64,000 nucleotides of DNA from Candidatus Latescibacterota bacterium (GCA_965203805.1 OZ241917.1:4704001-4768000), one strand, 5' to 3'. Positions 9,717 to 21,104 are shown, counted from the stretch's first letter. Program-made: numbers and translations. Notes: generated by a model from the letters alone, not told the origin.

Positions 9717-11069
9717 ATGAATGAACAGAACAGGACGACCGCGGCGCATTCTGTCGCCCGCTCGATGGCGGTGTACGAACGGGCGCTGGAACTGATTCCG
9801 GGCGTGACTCAGTTGCTCAGCCGCCGTCCCACGCAGGCGGCTCTGGGTGCGAGCCCGATCTACGCGGCGAGTGCGAAGGGGTGCCGGATCCGGGACGTCG
9901 ACGGCAACGAGTACGTGGATTGGATGAGCGGCGTCGGGCCCATCATACTGGGCTATGCGGACGACGTCGTGGACGCTGCGGTTAAGGAACAGATCGAACG
10001 AGGCGGAATCTGCAGCATCGTACACGAAAGCGCCGTGGAACTGGCGGAAGAACTGGTGCGGCTGATTCCGTCGGCGGAGATGGTGCGTTACGCGAAGGGA
10101 GGGGGCGAGGCGTGTACCGTCGCCGTTCGGATCGCGCGGGGGGTTACGGGAAAGGACAGGGTGCTATTCTGCGGTTATCACGGATGGCACGACTGGTACC
10201 TGGCGGCGAATCTGGGCGAAGAACGGCTCGACGGTCACCTCCGGCCGGGAATCGAACCGATCGGGGTGCCGCGGGTGCTGGAAGGGTCGGCAATCCCGTT
10301 CGAATACGGCGACCTGCAGATGCTGGAGGACCTGCTGAAGGCGAACCGGAACGAAGTGGCCTGCATCATAATGGAGCCGATGCGCACGGAGTTGCCGCCC
10401 CCCGGATACCTGGAAGGGGTGCGCGAGCTGGCAACGAAGTATGGCGTGGTGCTCATTTTTGACGAAGTGTCCTGCGGCTTCCGGATCGCGCTGGGCGGGG
10501 TACAGGAGTTCACGGGCGTGGTGCCGGACCTGTCCGTATTCGCGAAGGCGATATCGAACGGCTATCCCATGGCTGCCGTGGTCGGCAGGCGGGAGGTGAT
10601 GGAGCCGGTTTCCAGGATGTTTATTTCCAGCGCCTACTGGGACGATCCGATCGGGACCGTGGCCGCGCTCACGACGTTGCGGGAACTCGAGCAGCGGGAC
10701 GCGGTCGCCCACTTCGAACGGATCGGAGCGTCTTTCAAGGAGCGGATCAACCGGGCGGCGCGAGAAACGGGCGTAGACGCCGAATGCGTCGGCGTTGCCG
10801 CCCATCCGGGCATCCGGTTTCACGTTGACGACCCCGAGACCGCCCGGAAGGTGACGACGCTGTTCATTCAGGAAAACGCGAAACGGGGACTGATCCTGTC
10901 CACGGGCTTCTTCTTCAATACCGCGCACGACGACGCGGCGCTGGACCATACGGAGGCGGCCGTGCGGGAGAGTTTCGCGGTGATCCGGGATGGATTGGAG
11001 AACCGTCGGCTGGATGCGCTGCTGCAGTGCGAGATGCGGGAGGACCTGTTCAGACGCCTGGTGAGTTGA
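9717..11069 (+). CDS. Class III PLP aminotransferase (glutamate-1-semialdehyde aminomutase-like)
   Basis: DVDGNEYVD, YHGWHD, IFDEV, FAKAISNGYP PLP lysine. Confidence 0.88.
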   Translation: MNEQNRTTAAHSVARSMAVYERALELIPGVTQLLSRRPTQAALGASPIYAASAKGCRIRDVDGNEYVDWMSGVGPIILGYADDVVDAAVKEQIERGGICSIVHESAVELAEELVRLIPSAEMVRYAKGGGEACTVAVRIARGVTGKDRVLFCGYHGWHDWYLAANLGEERLDGHLRPGIEPIGVPRVLEGSAIPFEYGDLQMLEDLLKANRNEVACIIMEPMRTELPPPGYLEGVRELATKYGVVLIFDEVSCGFRIALGGVQEFTGVVPDLSVFAKAISNGYPMAAVVGRREVMEPVSRMFISSAYWDDPIGTVAALTTLRELEQRDAVAHFERIGASFKERINRAARETGVDAECVGVAAHPGIRFHVDDPETARKVTTLFIQENAKRGLILSTGFFFNTAHDDAALDHTEAAVRESFAVIRDGLENRRLDALLQCEMREDLFRRLVS

Positions 11070-11088
11070 CGGCTGAAAGCATGTCCGG

Positions 11089-12603
<1,515 letters not shown>

Positions 12604-12972
12604 TCAAACCGGGCCGAATATACACAGAAACAGGAGTTGCGTAAAGGGTAAATTTCGTCAGAAAACGGGTCTGCTCCAGCGTCGCTTTGGTGGCTATCCA
12701 GGGTACACGTGAAACGGACCTCGGCCGCCGTCGGGATACGCGAGGTCTACGACTTGATCGAGTGGGAATTGGTCTTTGACGTGAGGTTAGCGTGTGTCGT
12801 GGAAGATTATGTCGAATCCTTTGGAGGTTTCTGGCTCGGCTTTTGAGACTCCAACCGAATGACGTATTGTTGCGGACCTCGATTCGGTGTTAGGATCGAT
12901 GTTCCCTTGGATAATATTTCGTTTTGGTGTATAACCCTGGTTACCGCGGGCGTGCATAATATACAACCAAAA

Positions 12973-13039
12973 AATAGCTATTGAAAGATTAATATAAATA
13001 TATTTTTTAATTGACAAATAGCTACTTTTTGATTATGTT
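12973..13039 (+). promoter_or_regulatory. Sigma70 promoter with two palindromic operator-like sites
   Basis: TTGACA(13011)-N17-TATGTT(13034); AATAGCTATT palindrome 12973-12982 and AATAGCTACT 13017-13026 in the spacer. Confidence 0.7.
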
Positions 13040-13078
13040 TTCTGCATTATTTCCAGACGATCAAAGGGGGATGAATTG

Positions 13079-13291
13079 ATGGGCGCCAAGAGGACGATGA
13101 CACTTAACCTCACAGTTGCAGAGATGGATGTGCTGGAAGAACTGAGCGCAAAGAAAGAGCTAAGCAAGACTGCCCTTTTGCGTCAGGCATTGCGGATATA
13201 TCAATTGATCGAAGTAAGGCTTGAAAGTGGCGCCAAACTGTTCTTCGAGGATGAGAAGACCGAGAAGAAGGCCGAGGTCATGCTGCTGTGA
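13079..13291 (+). CDS. Ribbon-helix-helix (CopG-like) small DNA-binding protein
   Basis: KRTMTLNL strand then EMDVLEELS and SKTALLRQAL helices; AAGGGGG RBS. Confidence 0.75.
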   Translation: MGAKRTMTLNLTVAEMDVLEELSAKKELSKTALLRQALRIYQLIEVRLESGAKLFFEDEKTEKKAEVMLL

Positions 13292-13923
13292 CCGCGGCGA
13301 TTTCGGTAGTCCATCTCTTCAACGTCGCCCACGGCGAATCGGAAGCTGCCGAACTGTCCGATGCCATCACGGAGCGGCACCTCGCTGATTGGGAAGGCGA
13401 GTGGATGCCCGCCTTGTTCAACGCGATACGGCGCCTCAAGCGTACGGGGGTCCCGCCGCGGGAATGGCCGCAGAGCAGCCATTGGAATTGGCGCAGAAAA
13501 GTTAATGCGCTACATGGCATTCTCGCCAGACCGGGTTTCAGCATCGTCTGCAATGGCATGACTCAGGGGCTGATGATGGTTGACACGGCGACGCACAGAT
13601 GTCGAGTCGAAAGCCAGAATGGTAAGCACCTCGTGTACGTTGAGTACGTCGAAAACGCACCCTGGAATCGCCCGGAGTTATTCGATCCGCCGCGATTCCG
13701 CGGTGTTGGAAGCATTCTAATCAGGGCTGCCGTCGCACTGAGCGAGGAGTTGGAGTTTCGGGGACGAATCGGCCTCCATTCGCTGCCTCAGGCAGATAGC
13801 TTTTATGCCAATACCTGTGGCATGACCGATCTGGGGACCGATCTCGACTATGAGGGTTTGCGCTACTTCGAGATGACACCCAAACAGGCGCGGGCTTTCG
13901 TTACGAGGGGGAGATTGCCATGA
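13288..13923 (+). CDS. GNAT family acetyltransferase
   Basis: LVYVEYVENAPWNR, FRGVGSILI acetyl-CoA loop, GLHSLPQADSFY; GTGA overlap with RHH gene. Confidence 0.82.
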   Translation: MTAAISVVHLFNVAHGESEAAELSDAITERHLADWEGEWMPALFNAIRRLKRTGVPPREWPQSSHWNWRRKVNALHGILARPGFSIVCNGMTQGLMMVDTATHRCRVESQNGKHLVYVEYVENAPWNRPELFDPPRFRGVGSILIRAAVALSEELEFRGRIGLHSLPQADSFYANTCGMTDLGTDLDYEGLRYFEMTPKQARAFVTRGRLP

Positions 13924-14402
13924 AGTTGAGAATCAGTAAGGAGTGGTGCACGCGGATGGCAGAACTGGAGGGAGACACCGAAATCGGAGCCGGTCGCCTG
14001 GCAATCGATCCGCCTTTTGACGGTGAAACTATCCCGGTCGTCGACAGATTCGACGAACCCAATATCGCCTTCGGTCGTTTAAACAACCTCATGCGCCGCC
14101 GCCGAGGCTTGAGCATTGAGGGGCTTGCCATGGCGGCGAACGTGACTGTAACGGAGCTGGTCGAGATCGAAAGCGACGTTCGTTATAGGCCGACGTTGCA
14201 GACGATCGATAAACTGGCCAGCTACTTCAATTTGCCTCGGTCTGGTCTAATGCAGATGGCAGGACTGACAGCTTCGAAGGATGCACGCCTGTCTGAACAG
14301 GCAGTTCGCTATGTCGCCCGTGCGGAGTCGACTGCGGAACTGACGCCTGAAGAGAACGCGGCGTTGGAAGGGTTCATGGCTGTTCTCAGCGAGCAGAAAT
14401 AG
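13920..14402 (+). CDS. XRE-family helix-turn-helix protein
   Basis: FGRLNNLMRRRRGLSIEGLAMAANVTVTELVEIE; ATGA overlap with GNAT gene. Confidence 0.8.
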   Translation: MKLRISKEWCTRMAELEGDTEIGAGRLAIDPPFDGETIPVVDRFDEPNIAFGRLNNLMRRRRGLSIEGLAMAANVTVTELVEIESDVRYRPTLQTIDKLASYFNLPRSGLMQMAGLTASKDARLSEQAVRYVARAESTAELTPEENAALEGFMAVLSEQK

Positions 14403-14536
14403 CTGAAACGCATTGTCGTTGCACGACGTTGACCCGGGGTGTCGAGCTCCTCGCCGAAATTCACCTCAACGTTGCTTTCTCGGACTCACTCAAAGAATCC
14501 CTTTGCAGATGTGGTGTTCCGTCGTTGATAATCCTT

Positions 14537-15613
14537 TCATTTCATTAGATGGATGCTGCCATTCATGCTCCGCAGCTTGACAACGGCGTCGCCGCCGTCT
14601 CCGACGTCGCCCTTCAGCCGGTTTCTGGATTTGCGCCCCGCTTCGACGGCAAAATCGCTTCGGACGCGCCCGTTGTTCGTTTTGGCGTCAATACGGCCCG
14701 ACCAGTCGGCCGGAAGCGCCAGTTTGACGGAGCCGTTGTTCGTGGCGGCGGTTACCTGGCCGAGACTTACACTCACTTCCATCTTGATCGATCCGTTTGT
14801 GGTCAGCAGCTTCGCGTCATCGACCAGCCGTTCGGCCTGGACAGAGATCGATCCGTTGACGGTTTGGGCGGTAATCGGGCCGTTTTCCGCATTCAGTTTC
14901 ACCGAGCCATTGACGCTTTCCGCATCGACCGCCCCCTGGGTTCCGCGGGACCTGATTCCGCCCTGGACGGTGCTGAGACGCAATGCCATCGCCCGCGGCG
15001 TTTCGATTTCATATCGAACGACCACATTGACGCCGCCGGGTGGCGTGGGATGTTCGGCGGAAACGCGAAGCTCGTCGCCGACCTGTTCGGCGCGGACCTC
15101 GACTTCCCGTTCAAAATCCTCCGTTACGGAACGACGCCCGTGGACCGCTTTCCACGCGCGTACAACGATCCGGTCGCTGTCCGTTCCCGTGAGGGAGATC
15201 GAGCCGTTGACGGTTTCCGCGCGGACCGTCGCAATGTTCTCGGCATCGAATGTCCATTCCTGCGGATCCCCGGCCCCCCGTTCTCCGGTGTCCCGTTCCC
15301 ATCTGCCCGCGGTATCGGCGACGGTCGACGTCGCCTGATCGACAGCCTCGTTCACCATCTTACCGATGTCCTGCCACCGGACCGACTCCATCGCTTTGCC
15401 CACTTCGTTCTCGATTTCCCGTCCCAGGTCGCTGAAAGCCTCCGTGAATCGGTCGAAGTTTCCCTTCCTCTCCCGACGTCGGCCCTTATCACTGTCGGTA
15501 TCTTCGTCCGGGCGGGACGGCTCATCGAGCGCCCGCAAGAGCATATCGGCCTCTTCGGGGCTGATTTTGCCCTCGGAAAGCATTCTCAGGATTTCAAGCC
15601 TCTCCGTGCTCAT
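14537..15613 (-). CDS. DUF4097 (adhesin-like beta-repeat) protein with N-terminal SHOCT-like domain
   Basis: ERLEILRMLSEGKISPEEA N-terminus; repeated T(V/N)NGSI/V motifs. Confidence 0.82.
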   Translation of the reverse strand: MSTERLEILRMLSEGKISPEEADMLLRALDEPSRPDEDTDSDKGRRRERKGNFDRFTEAFSDLGREIENEVGKAMESVRWQDIGKMVNEAVDQATSTVADTAGRWERDTGERGAGDPQEWTFDAENIATVRAETVNGSISLTGTDSDRIVVRAWKAVHGRRSVTEDFEREVEVRAEQVGDELRVSAEHPTPPGGVNVVVRYEIETPRAMALRLSTVQGGIRSRGTQGAVDAESVNGSVKLNAENGPITAQTVNGSISVQAERLVDDAKLLTTNGSIKMEVSVSLGQVTAATNNGSVKLALPADWSGRIDAKTNNGRVRSDFAVEAGRKSRNRLKGDVGDGGDAVVKLRSMNGSIHLMK

Positions 15614-15615
15614 CG

Positions 15616-16005
15616 TTATTTCCTCCCCAGTTGCTTTATCTGTTCGGCCGCTTCCTCCGCGGATATTTCTCCTTCATTGACCCGTTTCAGGATCTCGCGG
15701 CGTTTGTCGGCGCTTTCGCCCGGAGCGGGCGTATCCGCCCGGACTTCGTAGCCGAGTTCCGCGATGACGGCGTTCAGGCGGTTGCGAACGGTGGGGTAGG
15801 AGATCCCCAGTTCGCGCTCCATTTCCTTGATATTGCCCCGGTTCTTGACGAAACTCTCGATAAAGTCGAGGCTTTGCTGCTGGAGGCGGCAGAAGGGACA
15901 CGTGGAGTATTGACTCTCGATTCTGGTGTGGCAGGTGTGACAATGCAGACCCGATATCGTCAGTTCCCCGCCGCACGTTGGACATCCTTCCAATACTTTC
16001 CGCAC
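15616..16005 (-). CDS. DUF2089 family protein (Zn ribbon + HTH + SHOCT-like)
   Basis: CPTCGG...CHTC, GNIKEMERELGISYPTVRNRL; GTG start 16005 after AAGGAG. Confidence 0.88.
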   Translation of the reverse strand: MRKVLEGCPTCGGELTISGLHCHTCHTRIESQYSTCPFCRLQQQSLDFIESFVKNRGNIKEMERELGISYPTVRNRLNAVIAELGYEVRADTPAPGESADKRREILKRVNEGEISAEEAAEQIKQLGRK

Positions 16006-16246
16006 GGTTTGGTTACTCCTTTTCCAGCTCTCGCTATTGATTCGGCATTTGAGATTACGGATGAAATGTCGCGCCCACGCGCCGGTCCGCTTTTGGAACG
16101 AAGTGGCTTGCGCCCGTTTCGGACCCGGAGTATCTTGAATCAGCGCCGTTTGAAATGACGCGGGAGAAAGGGCGACGACCCGCCGGTCGCACCTGAGAGG
16201 TTGGTCACGTTTGCCCTGTTTCATGCAAGCAAGTAGCGCGAACAAA

Positions 16247-16275
16247 AATATATCATATAGTTATAAAATTGTCAA
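16247..16275 (-). promoter_or_regulatory. Sigma70 promoter for DUF2089-DUF4097 operon
   Basis: TTGACA-N17-TATATT with extended -10 TG in an AT-rich island. Confidence 0.7.
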
Positions 16276-16407
16276 TATATTCCGTCAAAATAAATATATA
16301 TACTGAAAACTGACATAATAATTATACGAAAATAGTAAAAAATTTTATTCAACTGTTCTGATACATAAGGTGTGCGAGTCGGGAGTATGTCAAAAGGCGA
16401 ACGGGCG

Positions 16408-17586
16408 ATGACTGCAGGCGATCTTGAATACGCGATGTTTTCCCGTAAGGAGATGGACCGGCGGCATGCCCGCGCGCGGGAGGAGATGGACCGGCGCGGG
16501 ATCGACGCTCTGTTCGTCACCGGAGAGGAGAACTTTCAGTATTTCGCCGGCACGGCGGCGAGCGCGGCCCTGCACGCGTCGCTGACCCGACCGTCGGTCT
16601 TTATTCTGCCGCTGCATGGGGAACCGATTATTGTCACGCAGGGACTGGACAACCTGGAGCTGGGGTCCTATGTGACCGATGTGCGCGGGTACGCCGACCT
16701 GTTCGCGCTTCCGCAAGCGGTCATGATCCGGGCGTTGCGGGATGCCGGAGCGACCGGAGGGTCCGTGGGCGTGGAATTGGGGTTGGAACAGCGGATGGGC
16801 ATGCCGGTGGGGGCCTATCAGGACCTGACCGCAGCGATGCCCGACGTCGCGTTTGTCGACGCGGCGGAAGCGATCGTACGGCTCCGGATGGTGAAGTCGG
16901 AGGAAGAGATCGCACACATCCGGCAGGCGGCAGGGGTGACGGACCGGGCGCGGCAGCGGCTGTTCGGGATGATTCGGCCCGGAATGACGGAACGGGCGGC
17001 CGCCCGTCTGTTGCGCCGGTTGATTCTGGAGGAAGGCGGCGACGGGACTTCGTTTGTCATGCTGCTGCTGGGCATCCCCGGATCCCGGAACCCGTTCGGT
17101 TACGACAGGCCGGTTGAAGCAGGCCGGGTCATCGGCGTCGACGCGGGCGCCCGCGTGGGCATGTATACGATCGACTATACCCGATGGGGCGTTCTCGGCC
17201 CCGCGACAGACGGGTTGAGGCGGATGTACGACGCGCTTCTGGAGGTGAATCGTACGATGGCCGCGGACCTGGGCCCCGGCATGAAGTGTTCCGAAATCTA
17301 CCGCATAGGGATCGAAGCGATCGAAAGAGCGCGTTCGGACGTGAATGGACTGGAGCGGTTCGGGCCTTCCCGCATGGGACACGGGCAGGGGATGCTGATC
17401 ACGGAGCCCCCGAGCATCCATCCGGACGATCATACGCCGCTGGAACCCGGAATGGTCCTGAGTACCGAGCCGGGATTGACCGCGGAAGGCACCCGGATGC
17501 TCTGGGAGGACGTCTATGTGATTTCGGAGGACGGAGCGGAGCAGATCACCTCAGAGAGCGACGAACTTCGAGAAATTCTGTCCTGA
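16408..17586 (+). CDS. M24 family Xaa-Pro peptidase
   Basis: LRMVKSEEEI; metal ligands VDAG, IDYTR, GHGQG, TEPG, WEDV; start could be 16387. Confidence 0.88.
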   Translation: MTAGDLEYAMFSRKEMDRRHARAREEMDRRGIDALFVTGEENFQYFAGTAASAALHASLTRPSVFILPLHGEPIIVTQGLDNLELGSYVTDVRGYADLFALPQAVMIRALRDAGATGGSVGVELGLEQRMGMPVGAYQDLTAAMPDVAFVDAAEAIVRLRMVKSEEEIAHIRQAAGVTDRARQRLFGMIRPGMTERAAARLLRRLILEEGGDGTSFVMLLLGIPGSRNPFGYDRPVEAGRVIGVDAGARVGMYTIDYTRWGVLGPATDGLRRMYDALLEVNRTMAADLGPGMKCSEIYRIGIEAIERARSDVNGLERFGPSRMGHGQGMLITEPPSIHPDDHTPLEPGMVLSTEPGLTAEGTRMLWEDVYVISEDGAEQITSESDELREILS

Positions 17587-17693
17587 ACAGTGGATGTCTG
17601 TTGATCTTATGGACGCGATGGCTTAAAATCCGGCTATCGGCTAAAGTCGGGTAGACGTAAGACGGGAGAGGAAAACTTTGAAAGTGGGGATCC

Positions 17694-18734
17694 ATGAGTA
17701 ACACCGCGTGGGTGCGCGTTCACGAGGACGACCGCAGGATCCGGATCGAGACCGGGGAACTCGAAGCCGCGATTCCCAAGAAGGACCCGGTACGTTGGAT
17801 GACCGGGATCGAGAAAGGATCGTTCGTCGACAGGAAGACCGGATTCTCCGAAATCGGCGACGGCCTCATGGTGGTCGACTGGCTGATGGAGTCCGGCAGC
17901 GACGAATCCTGGCGCGAAAGCGTAATTGCTGAAGACGGGCACGGCCTGGGGCGATACCGCTGGCATGAGAACGAGTCGGACCCAGGCGGCAGGGAATACG
18001 CCATCCTTGCCCATGGAAGCAGCCATCGCAAGCGCATGATCGAGGGACCGCAACTGTGTCACCGGATGAAGCCCGTCCAGCCGGAGGTGATCCAGGGGAC
18101 GGACTTCGTCGCCGTGAGGACCCGGTACCGATTTGAATACGCGGCGCCGGGCCGGAACACGGGGTCGCGGTGGACGCAGTTGATCGTGTTTCCCAGAGGC
18201 GAGCGGTTCTTCGTGTTGATGGACCGGATCGAGAGTGTGAATAATTCACCGGAGATGTTTCTGAGGAACGACACGCCCGGTTGCGTACGGCACACGGAGG
18301 GCGATACGTTCAGCGAGATCTATCTCAGCTATCTGAGCGGCGCCGGCGGCGTGCGCATTCCGTCCGGTGAATTCTTCGATCCGTTCCCTCCCGACCGCAA
18401 ATTCGGGTATCGCCGCGACCTGAACAGAACGCCCCGCCGATTCATCCGGGCGTACCGCCTTCGGGATCCTGAAACGGGCGAAAGCGGCCCCTGGCTGGGC
18501 GGCCTCACGCTCGACCCTTCCGTCGTCTACGAAGCGTGGTGCAGCCAGCGGCCCGGGGATATCATCGTGATGATCCTCGAGATGCATGGCATGCCGGTGC
18601 AGGCGGGGGATACGTTCAGCGCGGCCCATATCGTAGGGTATTTCGACAACATCGAGGACATGCACGCGGTATACGATCGTCACGAGGGTCACAGAAGTCT
18701 GGCGGTCGATTCATCGGGCTGGGAACTGAGGTAA
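17694..18734 (+). CDS. Hypothetical protein (possibly mutarotase-like beta-sandwich)
   Basis: 346-aa ORF co-oriented within the cluster; no recognised motif. Confidence 0.65.
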   Translation: MSNTAWVRVHEDDRRIRIETGELEAAIPKKDPVRWMTGIEKGSFVDRKTGFSEIGDGLMVVDWLMESGSDESWRESVIAEDGHGLGRYRWHENESDPGGREYAILAHGSSHRKRMIEGPQLCHRMKPVQPEVIQGTDFVAVRTRYRFEYAAPGRNTGSRWTQLIVFPRGERFFVLMDRIESVNNSPEMFLRNDTPGCVRHTEGDTFSEIYLSYLSGAGGVRIPSGEFFDPFPPDRKFGYRRDLNRTPRRFIRAYRLRDPETGESGPWLGGLTLDPSVVYEAWCSQRPGDIIVMILEMHGMPVQAGDTFSAAHIVGYFDNIEDMHAVYDRHEGHRSLAVDSSGWELR

Positions 18735-18807
18735 GCGACCGGACCCGGCAGGCGCGGCACGACGGAGAAATTGTGGCGGCGTTGAACTTTATCCGGGAGA
18801 TTTCGAT

Positions 18808-19749
18808 ATGAGCAATGTGGTGAAGGGCCCCGACTGGGTACGCGTGACGGAGAAGGCGGAATGGCAGGCGCGGGACTCACAGGGCGAGATGGTACACGAC
18901 GGCCACATGTGGATTTTTGGCGGCTGGTTTACGCCCCAGACCCCCAATCCGCGTGACGTCTGGAAGTCGTCCGACGGGAAGATCTGGACCTGCATGGTGG
19001 AGACCGCACCCTGGGAACACGGCGACCTGCCTGCAACCATGCCGCTCAAGGGCCGGATATGGCTGATGGGCGGGCGAAAATTACCGGGCAAGGAGAATAC
19101 CAATACGGTATGGTCGTCGCCCGACGGCGCCGAGTGGGTCCTGGAAACGGATGATCCCGGTTGGTGCCCCCGGGTATCGCCCTCTTTTGTTGTGTTCAAG
19201 GACCGCATGTGGATCATGGGGGGGACCGAGGATTTCTACCAGGACGACGACACGACGCTCAAGAACGACGTCTGGTCCACCGCCGACGGCCGGAACTGGA
19301 GATGCGAGGTCGAAAACGCGGCCTGGTCGAAACGAACGCACGCGCAGGCCGTGGTCTTCAGGAATAAAATCTGGATCATGGGTGGGGGCGCCTGGCAGCC
19401 CGAGACCATCCCGCTCAACGACGTATGGTGCTCGGAAGACGGCGCGAACTGGACGCAGGTGACGGCCGAGGCGCCCTGGAAGAAGCGCATGTGGTTCTCT
19501 CTCGTCGTCTACCGGGACCATATGTGGGTTCTGGGGGGATGGTCACGCAAGGACGGCGACTTCGGAGACGTCTGGTACTCGAAAGACGGCGCGAACTGGA
19601 CGGAGCTCAAATCTGACGTGATCTGGACCAATCGGCACGAACACTCGGCGTACGTCTTCAAGGACAAAATCTGGCTGGCCGGCGGTCATGCCAGGCCCTT
19701 GAACAGCGAAGTCTGGTCTCTGGAACTGCCGCAGGACTGGCAGGGTTGA
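18808..19749 (+). CDS. Kelch-like beta-propeller repeat protein
   Basis: About six repeats of W(I/L/V)xGG...DVWxSxDGxNW. Confidence 0.85.
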   Translation: MSNVVKGPDWVRVTEKAEWQARDSQGEMVHDGHMWIFGGWFTPQTPNPRDVWKSSDGKIWTCMVETAPWEHGDLPATMPLKGRIWLMGGRKLPGKENTNTVWSSPDGAEWVLETDDPGWCPRVSPSFVVFKDRMWIMGGTEDFYQDDDTTLKNDVWSTADGRNWRCEVENAAWSKRTHAQAVVFRNKIWIMGGGAWQPETIPLNDVWCSEDGANWTQVTAEAPWKKRMWFSLVVYRDHMWVLGGWSRKDGDFGDVWYSKDGANWTELKSDVIWTNRHEHSAYVFKDKIWLAGGHARPLNSEVWSLELPQDWQG

Positions 19750-19824
19750 GAAGGAGGCCTGACGCAAGAGACCTGCCCGGGTGTCGGTGCCTGGTAGCAA
19801 TCCGCAGTCAGGAGGTATTTCAAT

Positions 19825-21012
19825 ATGAAGATCAAGTCCGTCCGCGCCGTTCAGGTGAACTTTCCCGAGACCTATGAGCGCCCGAAGCCCGGGCCCGTGG
19901 AATACAAGACGGCCCGTCGCCCGTCGTGGGCCGCACAGGGTCCCGTTGCCAATCCCATGACGCGCTATCCGCGTTACGCCGCGTTCCGCCCTTCCTGGCT
20001 GCCGAACTGGGGAGGGTTCGGCTGTGCCGTCGAGGCCGAAGACGGCACGCTGGGTTTCGCCACGGCCAGTCACGGACGTCCCGTGGCGGCCGTCATCGAC
20101 GACTTTCTCGGACCACGCCTGGTGAACGAGAGTTGCCTGGCAACCGAAAAGTGCTACGATATGATGGTGCGGATGGGGGCCTCGTACGGCGCCACCGGCC
20201 TGCATGCCTACGCCGTGAGCGCCATCGACCTCGCGCTGTGGGATCTGAAGGGTAAGCTTCTGGACAAGCCGGTATACGAGCTGCTGGGCGGGCCCGCGCG
20301 AGACGAGATGTTCTGCTACGCCACGGGCGGGGACGCCGACTGGTACCTGGAGCTGGGTTTCGAAGCCATCAAGTTGCCGTGCCCGTACGGTCCGGCGGAC
20401 GGACTGGAAGGCCTCCGGAAAAACGTCGATCTTGTGGCAGGCACGCGTGACCTGGCGGGCGACAACGTGGAACTGATGCTGGACTGCTGGATGGCGTTCG
20501 ACGTGGAGTATGCCGTGCGCCTGGCGGAGGAACTGCGTCCGTTCAAACTCAAATGGATGGAGGAAATGCTCCCCTCGGAGGATCTCGACGCCCACGCCGA
20601 GTTGCGCCGCCGGCTTCCGTGGGCTACCCTGGCCACGGGAGAACACTGGTACACGACCGTTCCTTTCCAGCACGCGGCAAGCCGCCACCTCCTGGACATC
20701 TTCCAGCCCGATATCAACTGGGTGGGCGGCCTGACCGCCGTGGTCAAGATCTGCGCAATCGCAGAGGCGGCGGGCATCTCGGTCATTCCCCATGGCGGCG
20801 GCAACACGCCGTACGGGCAGCACGTCTGTTACGCGATGCCGGCAATCCCGTGGACCGAATGTTACATCGCAAGCCCGCCGGGAGTCGACCCGGACGAAGC
20901 CGCGCGGCCCCCCGGCGTTTCAGCGCCCCGGGGCGGACGGATGAAGCCGGTCGACGGACCGGGATTCGGGGTGGAAGTCACGGAAGCACAGGTATCGCCG
21001 TTTCAATATTAG
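19825..21012 (+). CDS. Mandelate racemase/enolase superfamily, L-rhamnonate dehydratase-like
   Basis: ANPMTRYP, SAIDLALWDL, LMLDCWM, WMEE, TGEH, QPDINWVGG. Confidence 0.85.
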   Translation: MKIKSVRAVQVNFPETYERPKPGPVEYKTARRPSWAAQGPVANPMTRYPRYAAFRPSWLPNWGGFGCAVEAEDGTLGFATASHGRPVAAVIDDFLGPRLVNESCLATEKCYDMMVRMGASYGATGLHAYAVSAIDLALWDLKGKLLDKPVYELLGGPARDEMFCYATGGDADWYLELGFEAIKLPCPYGPADGLEGLRKNVDLVAGTRDLAGDNVELMLDCWMAFDVEYAVRLAEELRPFKLKWMEEMLPSEDLDAHAELRRRLPWATLATGEHWYTTVPFQHAASRHLLDIFQPDINWVGGLTAVVKICAIAEAAGISVIPHGGGNTPYGQHVCYAMPAIPWTECYIASPPGVDPDEAARPPGVSAPRGGRMKPVDGPGFGVEVTEAQVSPFQY

Positions 21013-21104
21013 ACGGGCGGAAAGGGCGCCGGATTGCGACAAACGCTGCCGGCGGCACCGGGTCGGGCTGCCATTCTCCCGCTTACCACCCGCGAGGTCT
21101 GCCT

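Noticed and set aside
12770-14500. Terminal repeats bounding the RHH-GNAT-XRE module
   Set aside because: Only a ~10-bp imperfect match; no att site, tRNA or recombinase
16170-16230. Glycine or c-di-GMP riboswitch in the DUF2089 leader (GGGCAAAC, CTCTCAGG)
   Set aside because: Only fragments; the GGAGA/CCGAAG glycine core and the GAAA-tetraloop stem of c-di-GMP-I are not in the required arrangement
20553-21104. N-terminal extension of the TPR-like ORF (also those of pyrB, AAC(3) and SDR 51969)
   Set aside because: Overlaps other genes or regulatory DNA; later starts fit better
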